Source of the DNA: Escherichia coli | GTDB taxonomy: Bacteria; Pseudomonadota; Gammaproteobacteria; Enterobacterales; Enterobacteriaceae | Length of the DNA stretch: 64,000 nt | Reading direction: 5' to 3' (one strand) | Assembly (NCBI RefSeq): GCF_003334335.1 | Contig: NZ_QOWQ01000017.1 | Shown: positions 10,504 through 21,648 of the stretch, piece after piece | How positions within the stretch are numbered: position 1 is the first letter of the stretch | Layout of the letters: every line of letters starts with the position of its first letter | Program-made: the position numbers and the translations under genes | Notes under the pieces: model-generated | What the model was told of the DNA's origin: nothing | Database searches by the model: none | Seen by the model: the letters and a program-made list of their open reading frames with translations, nothing else

Positions 10504-11177
10504 TGTACGAGTTTGACTGGAGTTCCATTGTCCCTTCCCTGCCATATCTGCTCGACGGGCTGGTGATCACCCTGAAAATCACCGTCACGGCGGTAGTGAT
10601 TGGTATTTTGTGGGGCACGATGCTGGCGGTGATGCGTTTATCCAGCTTTGCGCCCGTGGCGTGGTTTGCCAAAGCCTACGTTAACGTATTCCGCTCGATT
10701 CCTTTAGTTATGGTTTTGCTGTGGTTTTACCTGATCGTGCCGGGTTTTCTGCAAAACGTGCTGGGATTATCGCCAAAAAATGATATCCGTTTAATTTCGG
10801 CGATGGTGGCGTTTTCGATGTTTGAAGCGGCCTACTATTCAGAGATTATCCGTGCTGGTATTCAAAGTATTTCTCGTGGTCAATCGAGCGCCGCGCTGGC
10901 GTTGGGAATGACTCACTGGCAGTCGATGAAACTGATTATTCTGCCGCAGGCGTTCCGCGCGATGGTGCCGCTGCTGCTCACTCAGGGCATCGTACTGTTC
11001 CAGGATACCTCACTGGTGTATGTGTTATCCCTGGCCGATTTCTTCCGTACCGCCTCAACCATTGGTGAGCGTGATGGTACGCAGGTTGAGATGATCCTGT
11101 TTGCCGGATTTGTTTATTTCGTTATTAGTCTTAGCGCGTCGTTGTTGGTCAGCTACTTGAAAAGAAGGACAGCATAA
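10503..11177 (+). CDS. gltK: glutamate/aspartate ABC transporter permease
   Basis: 224 aa permease; start overlaps gltJ stop (TAATG). Confidence 0.93.
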
Positions 11178-11902
11178 TGATTACCCTGAAAAATGTTTCA
11201 AAATGGTATGGTCACTTTCAGGTGCTGACCGACTGCTCAACCGAAGTGAAAAAAGGCGAAGTGGTGGTGGTTTGCGGCCCGTCTGGTTCCGGCAAATCAA
11301 CGCTGATTAAAACCGTCAACGGCCTCGAACCGGTGCAGCAAGGTGAAATCACCGTCGATGGTATCGTGGTTAACGACAAGAAAACCGATCTGGCAAAGCT
11401 GCGTTCCCGCGTCGGGATGGTATTCCAGCATTTCGAGCTGTTCCCTCATCTGTCGATTATCGAAAACCTGACCCTGGCGCAGGTGAAAGTGCTTAAACGC
11501 GATAAAGCGCCGGCTCGTGAAAAAGCCCTGAAACTGCTGGAGCGTGTCGGGCTTTCTGCTCACGCCAATAAGTTTCCGGCGCAGCTTTCCGGCGGTCAGC
11601 AGCAGCGTGTGGCAATCGCTCGCGCGTTGTGTATGGATCCTATTGCGATGCTGTTTGACGAACCGACATCGGCGCTGGATCCGGAGATGATCAACGAAGT
11701 ACTGGACGTGATGGTGGAACTGGCGAACGAAGGAATGACCATGATGGTGGTGACCCACGAAATGGGCTTTGCCCGTAAAGTGGCGAATCGGGTGATCTTT
11801 ATGGACGAGGGTAAAATTGTCGAAGACTCGCCGAAAGACGCTTTCTTCGATGATCCGAAATCGGACCGCGCAAAAGACTTCCTCGCGAAAATCCTGCATT
11901 AA
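11177..11902 (+). CDS. gltL: glutamate/aspartate ABC transporter ATP-binding protein
   Basis: Walker [13 protein letters not shown] signature LSGGQQQR, Walker [12 protein letters not shown]. Confidence 0.95.
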   Translation: MITLKNVSKWYGHFQVLTDCSTEVKKGEVVVVCGPSGSGKSTLIKTVNGLEPVQQGEITVDGIVVNDKKTDLAKLRSRVGMVFQHFELFPHLSIIENLTLAQVKVLKRDKAPAREKALKLLERVGLSAHANKFPAQLSGGQQQRVAIARALCMDPIAMLFDEPTSALDPEMINEVLDVMVELANEGMTMMVVTHEMGFARKVANRVIFMDEGKIVEDSPKDAFFDDPKSDRAKDFLAKILH

Positions 11903-12019
11903 TCACTCTGGCGCGCATACCCAATTGCGCGCCATCTCACGCTTTATCGTTTCGCCCCTCGTATCTGTTACATCCTGGCGTTACCCTTGTCGCAAAGAAG
12001 CACACAACAAGGAGCAACA

Positions 12020-12955
12020 ATGGCACTGCCAATTCTGTTAGATTGCGACCCAGGTCATGACGACGCTATCGCAATAGTTCTCGCCCTCGCCTCACCAGAG
12101 CTTGATGTCAAAGCAATTACGTCTTCCGCCGGAAACCAGACACCAGAAAAAACCTTACGCAATGTTCTGCGTATGCTGACCTTGCTTAATCGCACCGATA
12201 TTCCGGTAGCAGGCGGCGCGGTAAAACCGTTAATGCGTGAGTTGATTATCGCGGACAATGTGCACGGCGAAAGCGGTCTCGACGGCCCGGCATTACCGGA
12301 ACCGACATTCGCACCGCAAAACTGTACGGCGGTAGAGCTGATGGCGAAAACGCTGCGTGAAAGTGCGGAACCTGTCACCATTGTGTCTACCGGACCGCAA
12401 ACTAACGTTGCCTTGCTGCTCAATAGCCATCCGGAACTGCATAGCAAAATTGCCCGTATCGTGATTATGGGTGGCGCTATGGGGCTGGGTAACTGGACGC
12501 CTGCGGCTGAATTTAATATTTACGTTGACCCGGAAGCGGCAGAAATTGTCTTCCAGTCAGGGATCCCGGTGGTGATGGCCGGTCTGGATGTTACTCATAA
12601 AGCACAAATCCACGTTGAAGACACCGAGCGTTTCCGCGCGATTGGTAACCCTGTTTCAACCATTGTTGCCGAACTGCTGGATTTCTTCCTCGAATATCAT
12701 AAAGACGAAAAATGGGGCTTTGTCGGCGCACCACTGCATGACCCATGCACCATCGCCTGGCTGTTGAAACCGGAGTTATTTACCTCTGTTGAGCGCTGGG
12801 TTGGCGTGGAAACACAGGGGAAATATACCCAGGGTATGACGGTTGTTGATTATTATTATCTGACAGGCAATAAACCGAATGCCACCGTAATGGTCGATGT
12901 TGATCGTCAGGGCTTTGTTGATTTACTGGCTGATCGTCTGAAATTTTACGCTTAA
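12020..12955 (+). CDS. rihA: pyrimidine-specific ribonucleoside hydrolase
   Basis: Start ATG 12020 after aaggag RBS; N-terminal DCDPGHDD nucleoside hydrolase motif. Confidence 0.93.
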
Positions 12956-13038
12956 CACACGTCATTGATTAAGATCACCACGCGTTACCTGGGTGGTCTT
13001 AATCTGTTTATCTCTTTTTCTTTCAAGATATAAATGCA

Positions 13039-14709
13039 ATGGATAATGCAGAACTCGCCATTGGTATCGATCTCGGTACTACCAATAGTTTAATTGCCGT
13101 CTGGAAAGACGGTGCCGCGCAATTAATTCCAAATAAGTTCGGTGAATATTTAACACCATCCATAATTAGCATGGATGAAAATAATCATATTTTAGTCGGA
13201 AAACCGGCTGTATCACGGCGTACTTCGCATCCGGATAAAACGGCAGCGTTATTTAAACGTGCAATGGGCAGTAATACCAACTGGCGGTTAGGCAGCGACA
13301 CATTTAACGCGCCAGAACTGTCCTCTTTGGTATTACGCTCATTAAAAGAAGATGCCGAAGAATTTCTGCAACGTCCGATTAAAGATGTGGTGATCTCCGT
13401 TCCGGCTTATTTCAGCGATGAACAACGCAAGCATACCCGTTTAGCAGCGGAGTTAGCCGGGTTAAATGCGGTACGCTTAATTAATGAACCCACAGCAGCT
13501 GCGATGGCGTATGGCCTGCATACCCAACAAAATACCCGTTCGCTGGTGTTTGATCTCGGTGGCGGCACGTTTGACGTTACGGTGCTTGAGTACGCCACGC
13601 CGGTGATTGAAGTTCACGCCTCCGCTGGCGACAACTTTCTTGGTGGCGAAGATTTTACCCATATGCTGGTCGATGAGGTTTTAAAACGCGCGGATGTCGC
13701 CAGGACCACGCTTAACGAGAGTGAACTGGCAGCCTTGTACGCCTGTGTGGAAGCGGCAAAATGTAGCAATCAATCGCCATTGCACATTCGCTGGCAGTAT
13801 CAGGAAGAAACGCGGGAATGCGAATTTTACGAGAACGAACTGGAAGATTTGTGGTTGCCGCTGCTCAATCGCTTGCGAGTGCCGATTGAACAGGCGTTGC
13901 GCGATGCGCGTCTGAAGCCGAGTCAAATCGACAGTCTGGTGCTGGTTGGCGGCGCGTCACAAATGCCGCTGGTGCAGCGAATCGCCGTGCGTCTGTTTGG
14001 CAAATTACCGTATCAAAGTTACGATCCGAGCACCATTGTCGCGCTGGGCGCAGCAATCCAGGCCGCCTGCCGCTTACGCAGTGAAGATATTGAAGAGGTA
14101 ATCCTCACTGATATTTGCCCTTACTCGTTGGGCGTTGAAGTTAACCGCCAGGGCGTTTCCGGCATTTTCTCGCCGATTATTGAACGAAACACCACTGTGC
14201 CCGTGTCGCGTGTAGAAACTTATTCAACCATGCACCCGGAACAGGATTCAATTACGGTTAACGTCTATCAGGGAGAAAACCACAAAGTTAAAAACAACAT
14301 TCTGGTGGAATCCTTCGATGTGCCGTTGAAGAAAACCGGGGCTTATCAGTCGATTGATATTCGCTTTAGTTATGATATCAACGGGTTGCTTGAAGTTGAC
14401 GTGCTTCTGGAAGACGGCAGCGTTAAGTCCAGAGTGATTAACCACAGCCCGGTAACATTGAGCGCGCAGCAGATTGAAGAGAGTCGGACGCGGTTATCCG
14501 CATTGAAAATTTATCCGCGCGATATGCTCATCAATCGCACCTTTAAAGCCAAACTGGAAGAGTTGTGGGCGCGGGCGCTGGGTGACGAGCGAGAAGAGAT
14601 CGGCCGGGTGATCACCGATTTTGATGCGGCGTTGCAGTCAAACGATATGGCCCGCGTGGATGAAGTTCGGCGGCGGGCGAGCGATTATTTAGCCATTGAG
14701 ATCCCATAA
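13039..14709 (+). CDS. hscC: Hsp70-family chaperone HscC
   Basis: 556 aa; Hsp70 signatures IGIDLGTTNS and DLGGGTFD; recognised as HscC, not DnaK or HscA. Confidence 0.93.
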   Translation: MDNAELAIGIDLGTTNSLIAVWKDGAAQLIPNKFGEYLTPSIISMDENNHILVGKPAVSRRTSHPDKTAALFKRAMGSNTNWRLGSDTFNAPELSSLVLRSLKEDAEEFLQRPIKDVVISVPAYFSDEQRKHTRLAAELAGLNAVRLINEPTAAAMAYGLHTQQNTRSLVFDLGGGTFDVTVLEYATPVIEVHASAGDNFLGGEDFTHMLVDEVLKRADVARTTLNESELAALYACVEAAKCSNQSPLHIRWQYQEETRECEFYENELEDLWLPLLNRLRVPIEQALRDARLKPSQIDSLVLVGGASQMPLVQRIAVRLFGKLPYQSYDPSTIVALGAAIQAACRLRSEDIEEVILTDICPYSLGVEVNRQGVSGIFSPIIERNTTVPVSRVETYSTMHPEQDSITVNVYQGENHKVKNNILVESFDVPLKKTGAYQSIDIRFSYDINGLLEVDVLLEDGSVKSRVINHSPVTLSAQQIEESRTRLSALKIYPRDMLINRTFKAKLEELWARALGDEREEIGRVITDFDAALQSNDMARVDEVRRRASDYLAIEIP

Positions 14710-14713
14710 ACAC

Positions 14714-14752
14714 GGCTGCCGGATGCGGCGTAAACGCTGCATCCGGCATCGG
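14714..14752. repeat. REP element between convergent hscC and djlC
   Basis: gctgccggatgcggcgtaaacgctgcatccggcatc, near-perfect REP palindrome. Confidence 0.7.
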
Positions 14753-14768
14753 CGCAAAAAACACATCG

Positions 14769-16220
14769 TCAGCTAAACAACATCGCGATTTTGCCGAGAG
14801 CATAACCTATCACCAGCACCGTTAAACTGATTTTGATAATGCTGGTAATGCTCTGTGGTTTTTCACCCTCATCATTTTTTTCTTCATGATTTTCAGGTGT
14901 TGGCTCATCGACATCTTCATCCTCCGGCTCGAGTTTCACTTTCGTCAAAAGCATCCGGGTGACAATGGCCTCTAATGGATGAGCATCTCCGCCTTCCAGC
15001 CTTGTATTAAGACGGGCCAGCATCTCTTGTTTCGGAAACGCTTCAAGTACTACCTGTTCCGCTACCCGATACAAATCCAGGAACGGTGAATCTTGCTCTG
15101 TCTCGCTACCGACTCTCGATTTCCACCACGCCCATGCTTTGCGCTTGAAGAATAACGACTCAATAAACGATTGACCTAACGGCGATAATTTTCCGCTATG
15201 TAAAATCTCCGCCCATAACAGCCGCGTCCGGGCGCTCTCACCAGGAACATATTTCAGCGGTTGACCTTGCGCATCTACCATGCTCCGCGCTTCGATAACC
15301 ATCACTAATAACGCGAAATAATCCGGGCAATGACGCTTGCTCCACTGCAACAACAAATTATCAGCTTGTATAGATGGGTAACTTTCCCAGTACGCGCAGA
15401 GATCGGCAAGCAGGCTTTCCCCCTCGCCGCAGTACAAACGTTGTGCACACAAGTAATACCGGGCATCTTCGCTTTCTGGTTCTTCCGTTTGCCACTGTTG
15501 AGCGACAGGAATGAGTTCCGCCATACCTGTTTGCACCGAGCTGTACCAGCGCAACAGTTTGCGATGTAACTTTGCATCATCAGGAATTAACCACGGACCT
15601 TCCATCGCCAAAAACGCAGTGACATAGTCAGGATGGTAACGGCAGCAACGTTCCAGCGCGAAGTAATACTCAACAGTCTGGTTCTGCAACGCAATGGGAT
15701 ATTCCAGAAGGCTAAGGAAATCGAAACAATCACCAGCCTGAATGGCCTCAAGAAAAGCCTCCCTTTCTTCCTCATCCATTCCTTCGCTGTCATTAAATGA
15801 ATGCCAGTTCAAACGCTCTGCCAGCAAAGAAGCACAATTTAATGAAAGATATCGCGCTTCTATGGCGATTGCACACAGCGGCCAGCGTAATTGATCGACA
15901 TCCTCCATGTTCCAGGTATTTAATTGCTGAATAAATTTCTGCCAGGCGGAAGGCTGAAAACGATCACTTTCTGAATCCAGTAATGTCCTGAATGCACGTA
16001 GTATTTCATGTTCAACGGCAGCATCTTTTTCTTCATCATCTGCTTCCTCGACAGGATTTACCGCCAGTCGCAGGGCCTCTTCATAGGCCTGGCGTAATGC
16101 TTTAAACCCTTGCGGATCGGTTTCGGGATGACACAACGGTAAGCGAGCAAGATAAGCCTGGCGGATAATGTCTATTTGCGTCGTGCTTTCAATTTCGAGG
16201 ATTTGCCAACATGTTTTCAT
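14769..16220 (-). CDS. djlC: J-domain-like co-chaperone of HscC, C-terminal membrane anchor
   Basis: 483 aa; N-terminal J-like domain with HPE tripeptide, C-terminal hydrophobic tail; paralogue of djlB; 4-nt overlap with ybeU. Confidence 0.88.
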   Translation of the reverse strand: MKTCWQILEIESTTQIDIIRQAYLARLPLCHPETDPQGFKALRQAYEEALRLAVNPVEEADDEEKDAAVEHEILRAFRTLLDSESDRFQPSAWQKFIQQLNTWNMEDVDQLRWPLCAIAIEARYLSLNCASLLAERLNWHSFNDSEGMDEEEREAFLEAIQAGDCFDFLSLLEYPIALQNQTVEYYFALERCCRYHPDYVTAFLAMEGPWLIPDDAKLHRKLLRWYSSVQTGMAELIPVAQQWQTEEPESEDARYYLCAQRLYCGEGESLLADLCAYWESYPSIQADNLLLQWSKRHCPDYFALLVMVIEARSMVDAQGQPLKYVPGESARTRLLWAEILHSGKLSPLGQSFIESLFFKRKAWAWWKSRVGSETEQDSPFLDLYRVAEQVVLEAFPKQEMLARLNTRLEGGDAHPLEAIVTRMLLTKVKLEPEDEDVDEPTPENHEEKNDEGEKPQSITSIIKISLTVLVIGYALGKIAMLFS

Positions 16221-16924
16221 AGGTCGCTCACATCCTTAAGCGTTACCGGGCATTCAGACTGGACAGTTAATGGCTGCCAGGGAAGCGTGGCATAGAAACG
16301 ATCGCTTCCCGCTGCCAGCTCTTCGAACATACGACTCCCGGCGCTATCGTATTTGTACAGGGTTAGCGCCTCGCGTAGCGAAGTGTTGTCTTCGCACTGA
16401 GAAGATTGCCAGTAGAGACGTCCTAACGAATAGGCGGAAAAATAGTGCATCCAGCTGTGATAGTAATGGTGAGCTCGTACATAGACGCGCGATTGCAGCC
16501 ATAAACTCTCTTCTTCCGTCAGCCACTTGTTGAGCACACCGACCCGTGACAGAAACCCCATTCGAACATAATCCCAGGCTTTGATTCCCCCTTCCCCACA
16601 GCACATAGCGGTTTGGGCAACGAATTGGGTATAAATCAACCCTCTCTCCGAGCCACCAGCAATTAATGCTTTCCACTCTTCAGGGGAAGAGCGATGCCAT
16701 GTCAGATATAAGCCAGCTAAATCATTGGCATGACCATCATCAGTCATCTGATAAATAGTCTGAATTAAATCATCACGATTATTTATTCCCCAGGATGATG
16801 AGAGCTCGAATTCTTTTATCCCAGTATACATTTTTGGCGAGTCATGCGCGGGTTTGCAACCCTGATTAAGTATTTCCATGGGCGCAGAAAGCGCAAAAAG
16901 AAGATATTGTTCTTCCTTATTCAT
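16217..16924 (-). CDS. ybeU: DUF1266-family protein
   Basis: 235 aa; clear paralogue of YbeR in this window; translationally coupled to djlC. Confidence 0.88.
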
Positions 16925-17025
16925 TTGTTAATAATCCCTTAAGTGCATTAACTGACTACTTTTTTATTATTGATGAGTATAAACTTGACGCTTTCAAAAT
17001 AAAAAGAAAATCGAAGCATTCACAC

Positions 17026-17580
17026 ATGAATAAAAAATTAATGTATATATTCGCAATTTTTATAGTTGCAGCAATTACCTGTATTAGCCAACCCAAGAAA
17101 ACGACGTTGCGTGATAAAGCCATGGTGAATTATGCCTTTGATTATTTAAGCTCACCGGGCAGTCTTCCATTCACCACGGCAGCCACGGAGCTTTCCGCGA
17201 TTCATGGTCACTCAACGTCGCAATATCGCCTTGGAGAATTTTATCTTCATGGTAGCGACGGTAAACCACTGGATTATACACAGGCGAGATACTGGTATGA
17301 GCAATCAGCGGAACAGGAAAATCCACGCGCGCAAAGTAAACTGGGGTGGATCTACCTCAAAGGTCTGGGGGTCAAACCCGACACCCGTAAAGCAATTCTC
17401 TGGTATAAGGAAGCAGCTGAACAAGGGTATGCTCATGCTCAATATACTTTAGGTTTGATCTACAGAAATGGCTCAGGTATTAATGTTAACCATTATGAAT
17501 CTCAAAAATGGTTAAAACTGGCCGCCAAACAACATTACAAAAATGCGGAAAGATTACTTGCCGGGCTTCCCGCACATTAA
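17026..17580 (+). CDS. ybeT: Sel1-repeat (TPR-like) protein
   Basis: 184 aa with N-terminal signal/TM segment and Sel1 repeats ([30 protein letters not shown]); AT-rich gene. Confidence 0.85.
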
Positions 17581-17589
17581 CGTCGACTG

Positions 17590-19017
17590 TCACCCGAACA
17601 GATGGAGTATTTTCCCTATCAAACCAGCAAAGATAAAAATATAGAAAATAATTTTAATGATGCCCAGACAGCCTGGCCCACCATCGTCAACGGGCATTGG
17701 CTGCGGTTGCGGCTCCGGTTCAACAGTTTGCTTCTCGGTAAAATTCGCCGCCTGAATTAATAATCGACGAATAATTAATGCTTCCAGTGGACAACGATTT
17801 TCTGCATCAAGGCGGCTCACAATCGGCATTAATGATTCTTCTGTAGGTTGGCAGGCCTGCACTAATTGTTTGGCAACTAGATATAATGGCCATAAGGTAT
17901 GTTCTGTATCACGCGTGAGTGAGATCCGCGGCTTACGTCCTTTGTGCAAAACCATCTCGACCAGTGAACGCCCCAGCGCAGAGAGTTTTTCATCGCTGAG
18001 TATTTCGTATAAATGAAAACGCGTACGGGCGCTGTCGCCGGGGACATAAAGTAGCGGTTTTCCCTGATCGTTAACCAGATCACGCGCTTCAATCATCATC
18101 ACCAGTAATGGGTAATAATCGACCCGATGCTGACGGCACCATTGCAACATTAAAGCATCCGCCTGGGTGGAGGGATACTCGCGCCAGTAGTCACAAAGTT
18201 CTGCCAACAGGCTTTCGCCTTCTCCACAATAGACGCGTTGCGCGTATTCATAATAAGGCGCATCTTCATTATCAGGTTCAGTTTCCCGCCATGACTGGGC
18301 GTAATCCAGAAGTTCGGGGATATCCAGGCGACCTGCGCTATACCAGCGGAGTAAATTTCTGTGCAGTTTTGCATCATCGGGGATAATCACTGCGCGATGT
18401 TGCGCTAAATACAATGTCAGCCATTGTGGATGCGATGACCAAATCCGAGCGAACATTTGGTAAAAATCGATGGTGTCATTTTGCACGGCAACGGGCAGAT
18501 GCAGAATGGTCTGGAAGTTAAAAACATTCCCCTTCGCAATGGCATATAAAAAGGATTCCAGTTCTTCTTCGTCTATTTCCCCGGTATTTTCCTCCTGTAA
18601 CCACCGCAATCTTTCTGCTAATAACACCACGCACTCGAAGGATAAATGGGCAGTGTTCATGGCGATTGTGCACAGCGACCAGCGTAATTCATCAATCTCC
18701 TCCATCGAGCAATAATTTAATTGCTGAATGAATCGCTGCCAGGCGGAGGGCAGAAAACGTTCACTATCAGAGGCAAGTAACGCACGAAAGGCGAGCAGAA
18801 TTTCATGTTCTGCTACCTCATATTCTTCTGGTTGCCAAACAGATTTAGCAGGCGACTGCGCAATCCGTAGCGCCTCCTCATACGCCTGACGAAGTTGTTT
18901 AAAACCCTGCGGATCGGTTTCTGGATGAAAGGACGGTAACAGCGCCAGATAAGCGCGGCGGATAATATCGACGTCAGTCGTTTCCTCTATATCGAGGATC
19001 TTCCAGCAATTTTTCAT
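17590..19017 (-). CDS. djlB: J-domain-like co-chaperone, C-terminal membrane anchor
   Basis: 475 aa; paralogue of djlC with same HPE tripeptide and hydrophobic C-terminus; 4-nt overlap with ybeR. Confidence 0.88.
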
Positions 19018-19721
19018 AGGTCGCTCATATCCTTAAGCGTTTCCGGGCATGCAGAATAGTAAGCCAATGGTTGCCAGGACAAGGTAGGGTAATACGCATC
19101 ATCACTGGCAAATAATTGATAAAACATATCATTGCCGGAATCGTCGTATTCTTTACGCGCTAAGAATTCGCGTAATAAAGGCAGATGATCATCTTCGGGA
19201 GACTGCCAATATTGCCGACCAAAGGTATAACCGGCAAAGTATTGCCGCCAGTTACTATAATAACGTAGAGCCCGTAGATGAATGCGCGACTGGATCCATA
19301 GACTTTCTTCTTCGCTCAACCAGTTATTAAGTACGCCCATTCGGCTTAAAAAACCCATCCGGACATAATCCCAGGCTTTGATTCCCCCTTCGCCACAGCA
19401 TTCGGCGGTGCTGGCGACAAATTGCGCATAAGCCTGACCTTGCTCATTTAGTTCAGCAAGATAGTCACGCCATTCACATGGCGAATAACGAAACCAGCGG
19501 TGATAAAACCCTGCCAACCGAGCGGCATGACCGTTATCGATCATTCGGTGAATTGTGCGCAGCAGGTCATCACGGTCATCAATTCCCCATGAGGAAGAAA
19601 GGTCAAAAAAGCATGTACCTAAATACATTTTGGGTGATGAATGCGAAGGTAAACAGCATTCATTGCGTATTTCCATCGGAGTGGAAAGTGCAAACAATAT
19701 TTTTTGCGACTCCATGTCCAT
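19014..19721 (-). CDS. ybeR: DUF1266-family protein
   Basis: 235 aa; paralogue of YbeU. Confidence 0.88.
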
Positions 19722-19878
19722 ATAATTTATCCTTAAATATTCATTAAATGAATATTAGCCGCATTGCGAGGCTCGTTTATTTATACTTTTCTGACGCGAC
19801 ATAATACGCATAAAATAAGGCTTACGCAAAAATGGAACACATAAAAATATAATATGTTTTATCTGCAACCATAAGGAA

Positions 19879-20862
19879 ATGATAATGATTTTCACGTCAA
19901 GTTGCTGCGATAATTTATCAATAGATGAGATTATCGAACGTGCTGAAAAAGGCGATTGCGAGGCTCAATATATTGTTGGGTTTTATTATAATCGCGATAG
20001 CGCAATTGATTCTCCGGACGACGAAAAAGCCTTTTACTGGCTGAAGCTGGCCGCTGAGCAAGGTCATTGTGAAGCACAGTATTCCTTAGGGCAAAAGTAT
20101 ACCGAGGATAAAAGCCGTCATAAAGATAATGAGCAAGCCATCTTCTGGCTGAAAAAAGCTGCCCTACAAGGCCATACTTTCGCTTCCAACGCCCTTGGCT
20201 GGACACTGGATCGTGGAGAAGCCCCCAATTATAAAGAAGCGGTTGTCTGGTATCAGATAGCCGCGGAGAGCGGAATGTCTTATGCGCAAAATAATCTTGG
20301 GTGGATGTACAGAAATGGCAACGGAGTCGCAAAAGACTATGCGCTGGCATTTTTCTGGTACAAACAAGCTGCATTACAAGGCCATAGTGACGCGCAAAAC
20401 AATCTGGCCGATCTTTATGAAGACGGAAAAGGCGTTGCTCAAAACAAGACACTCGCCGCATTCTGGTATTTGAAAAGCGCACAGCAGGGTAATCGGCACG
20501 CCCAGTTTCAAATTGCATGGGATTATAACGCTGGCGAAGGGGTGGACCAGGACTATAAGCAAGCGATGTACTGGTATCTGAAGGCTGCCGCTCAGGGGAG
20601 CGTCGGCGCTTACGTCAACATCGGTTATATGTATAAACACGGACAAGGCGTTGAGAAAGATTATCAGGCTGCCTTTGAATGGTTTACGAAAGCCGCTGAA
20701 TGCAATGACGCCACTGCCTGGTATAACCTGGCCATTATGTATCACTACGGAGAAGGAAGACCTGTCGATCTCCGACAGGCTCTCGACCTGTATCGTAAAG
20801 TTCAGTCATCCGGAACCAGAGATGTCAGTCAGGAAATTCGTGAGACTGAAGATTTACTGTAG
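19879..20862 (+). CDS. ybeQ: Sel1-repeat (TPR-like) protein
   Basis: 327 aa with about seven Sel1 repeats (AQYxxG...G); exact start (M1 or M3) uncertain. Confidence 0.85.
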   Translation: MIMIFTSSCCDNLSIDEIIERAEKGDCEAQYIVGFYYNRDSAIDSPDDEKAFYWLKLAAEQGHCEAQYSLGQKYTEDKSRHKDNEQAIFWLKKAALQGHTFASNALGWTLDRGEAPNYKEAVVWYQIAAESGMSYAQNNLGWMYRNGNGVAKDYALAFFWYKQAALQGHSDAQNNLADLYEDGKGVAQNKTLAAFWYLKSAQQGNRHAQFQIAWDYNAGEGVDQDYKQAMYWYLKAAAQGSVGAYVNIGYMYKHGQGVEKDYQAAFEWFTKAAECNDATAWYNLAIMYHYGEGRPVDLRQALDLYRKVQSSGTRDVSQEIRETEDLL

Positions 20863-20931
20863 AGATAAAAACAAGGGCCGGGGAATTTCATTCGGCCCAT
20901 ATTCTCTTTATTGCTGTGCGAAATCAGACTA

Positions 20932-21414
20932 TTACGGCTCAAACGGGCGTCTCTGGAACTGGTCATGACCACATTTCGGGCATAGCGTCAGCACTTCCGG
21001 TGTGTAGATCGGGAGATGGAAGTGACATTTCTCGCAGACCAGATTTCCCAGCCCGACCACTTCTCCGCTGTGATAAACCCCATGATGATTGAGGTCCTGG
21101 AAAACTTCGCGCCATTCAAGCTGCGTTTTATCGGTGATGTCTGCCAGCTCCTGCCACAAGCTTTCTTTAATCACCCGCATAAAGACGCTGTCAGATTCTT
21201 CTTTCAGGCTCTCTTCATAGCTCATGGCGAACTCTTCCAGGTCACGTCTGACAGCTCGCGTCAGCTCATCGACCTCGGTTCGCGTTAACTCCCCTGTTTT
21301 TATTACGCGCTCGCGCGCCTGTTCCACCAGTGCGTCGATATCACGTTCGCCATTGCGCAGGCGTTCGCTCAGTGACGCAACCAGTTCACGGTAATATTGA
21401 GCAACCTTGTTCAT
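20932..21414 (-). CDS. ybeL: zinc-ribbon DUF1451-family protein
   Basis: 160 aa with C-terminal CxxC...CPKC zinc-ribbon; recognised YbeL. Confidence 0.88.
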   Translation of the reverse strand: MNKVAQYYRELVASLSERLRNGERDIDALVEQARERVIKTGELTRTEVDELTRAVRRDLEEFAMSYEESLKEESDSVFMRVIKESLWQELADITDKTQLEWREVFQDLNHHGVYHSGEVVGLGNLVCEKCHFHLPIYTPEVLTLCPKCGHDQFQRRPFEP

Positions 21415-21648
21415 CGTTTCATCTCCCGGGTCGTTAACTGACTATAATAATAGACGTTCTTTGTTCCTTGCTTTGCTAATACGCCCACAAACTCTGTAAA
21501 TTAATGTATGAATAATCCGGGCATCATTTCAACGTCGAGTGCGCGAAAGGCTGTTTTGACGCGGACGTTTGGGCTATGCTATGCGGATCTGAAAAACCAC
21601 CTCAACGCTACATTTGTAGCCGTATTGAAAACAGGACCACTGGCTGCC

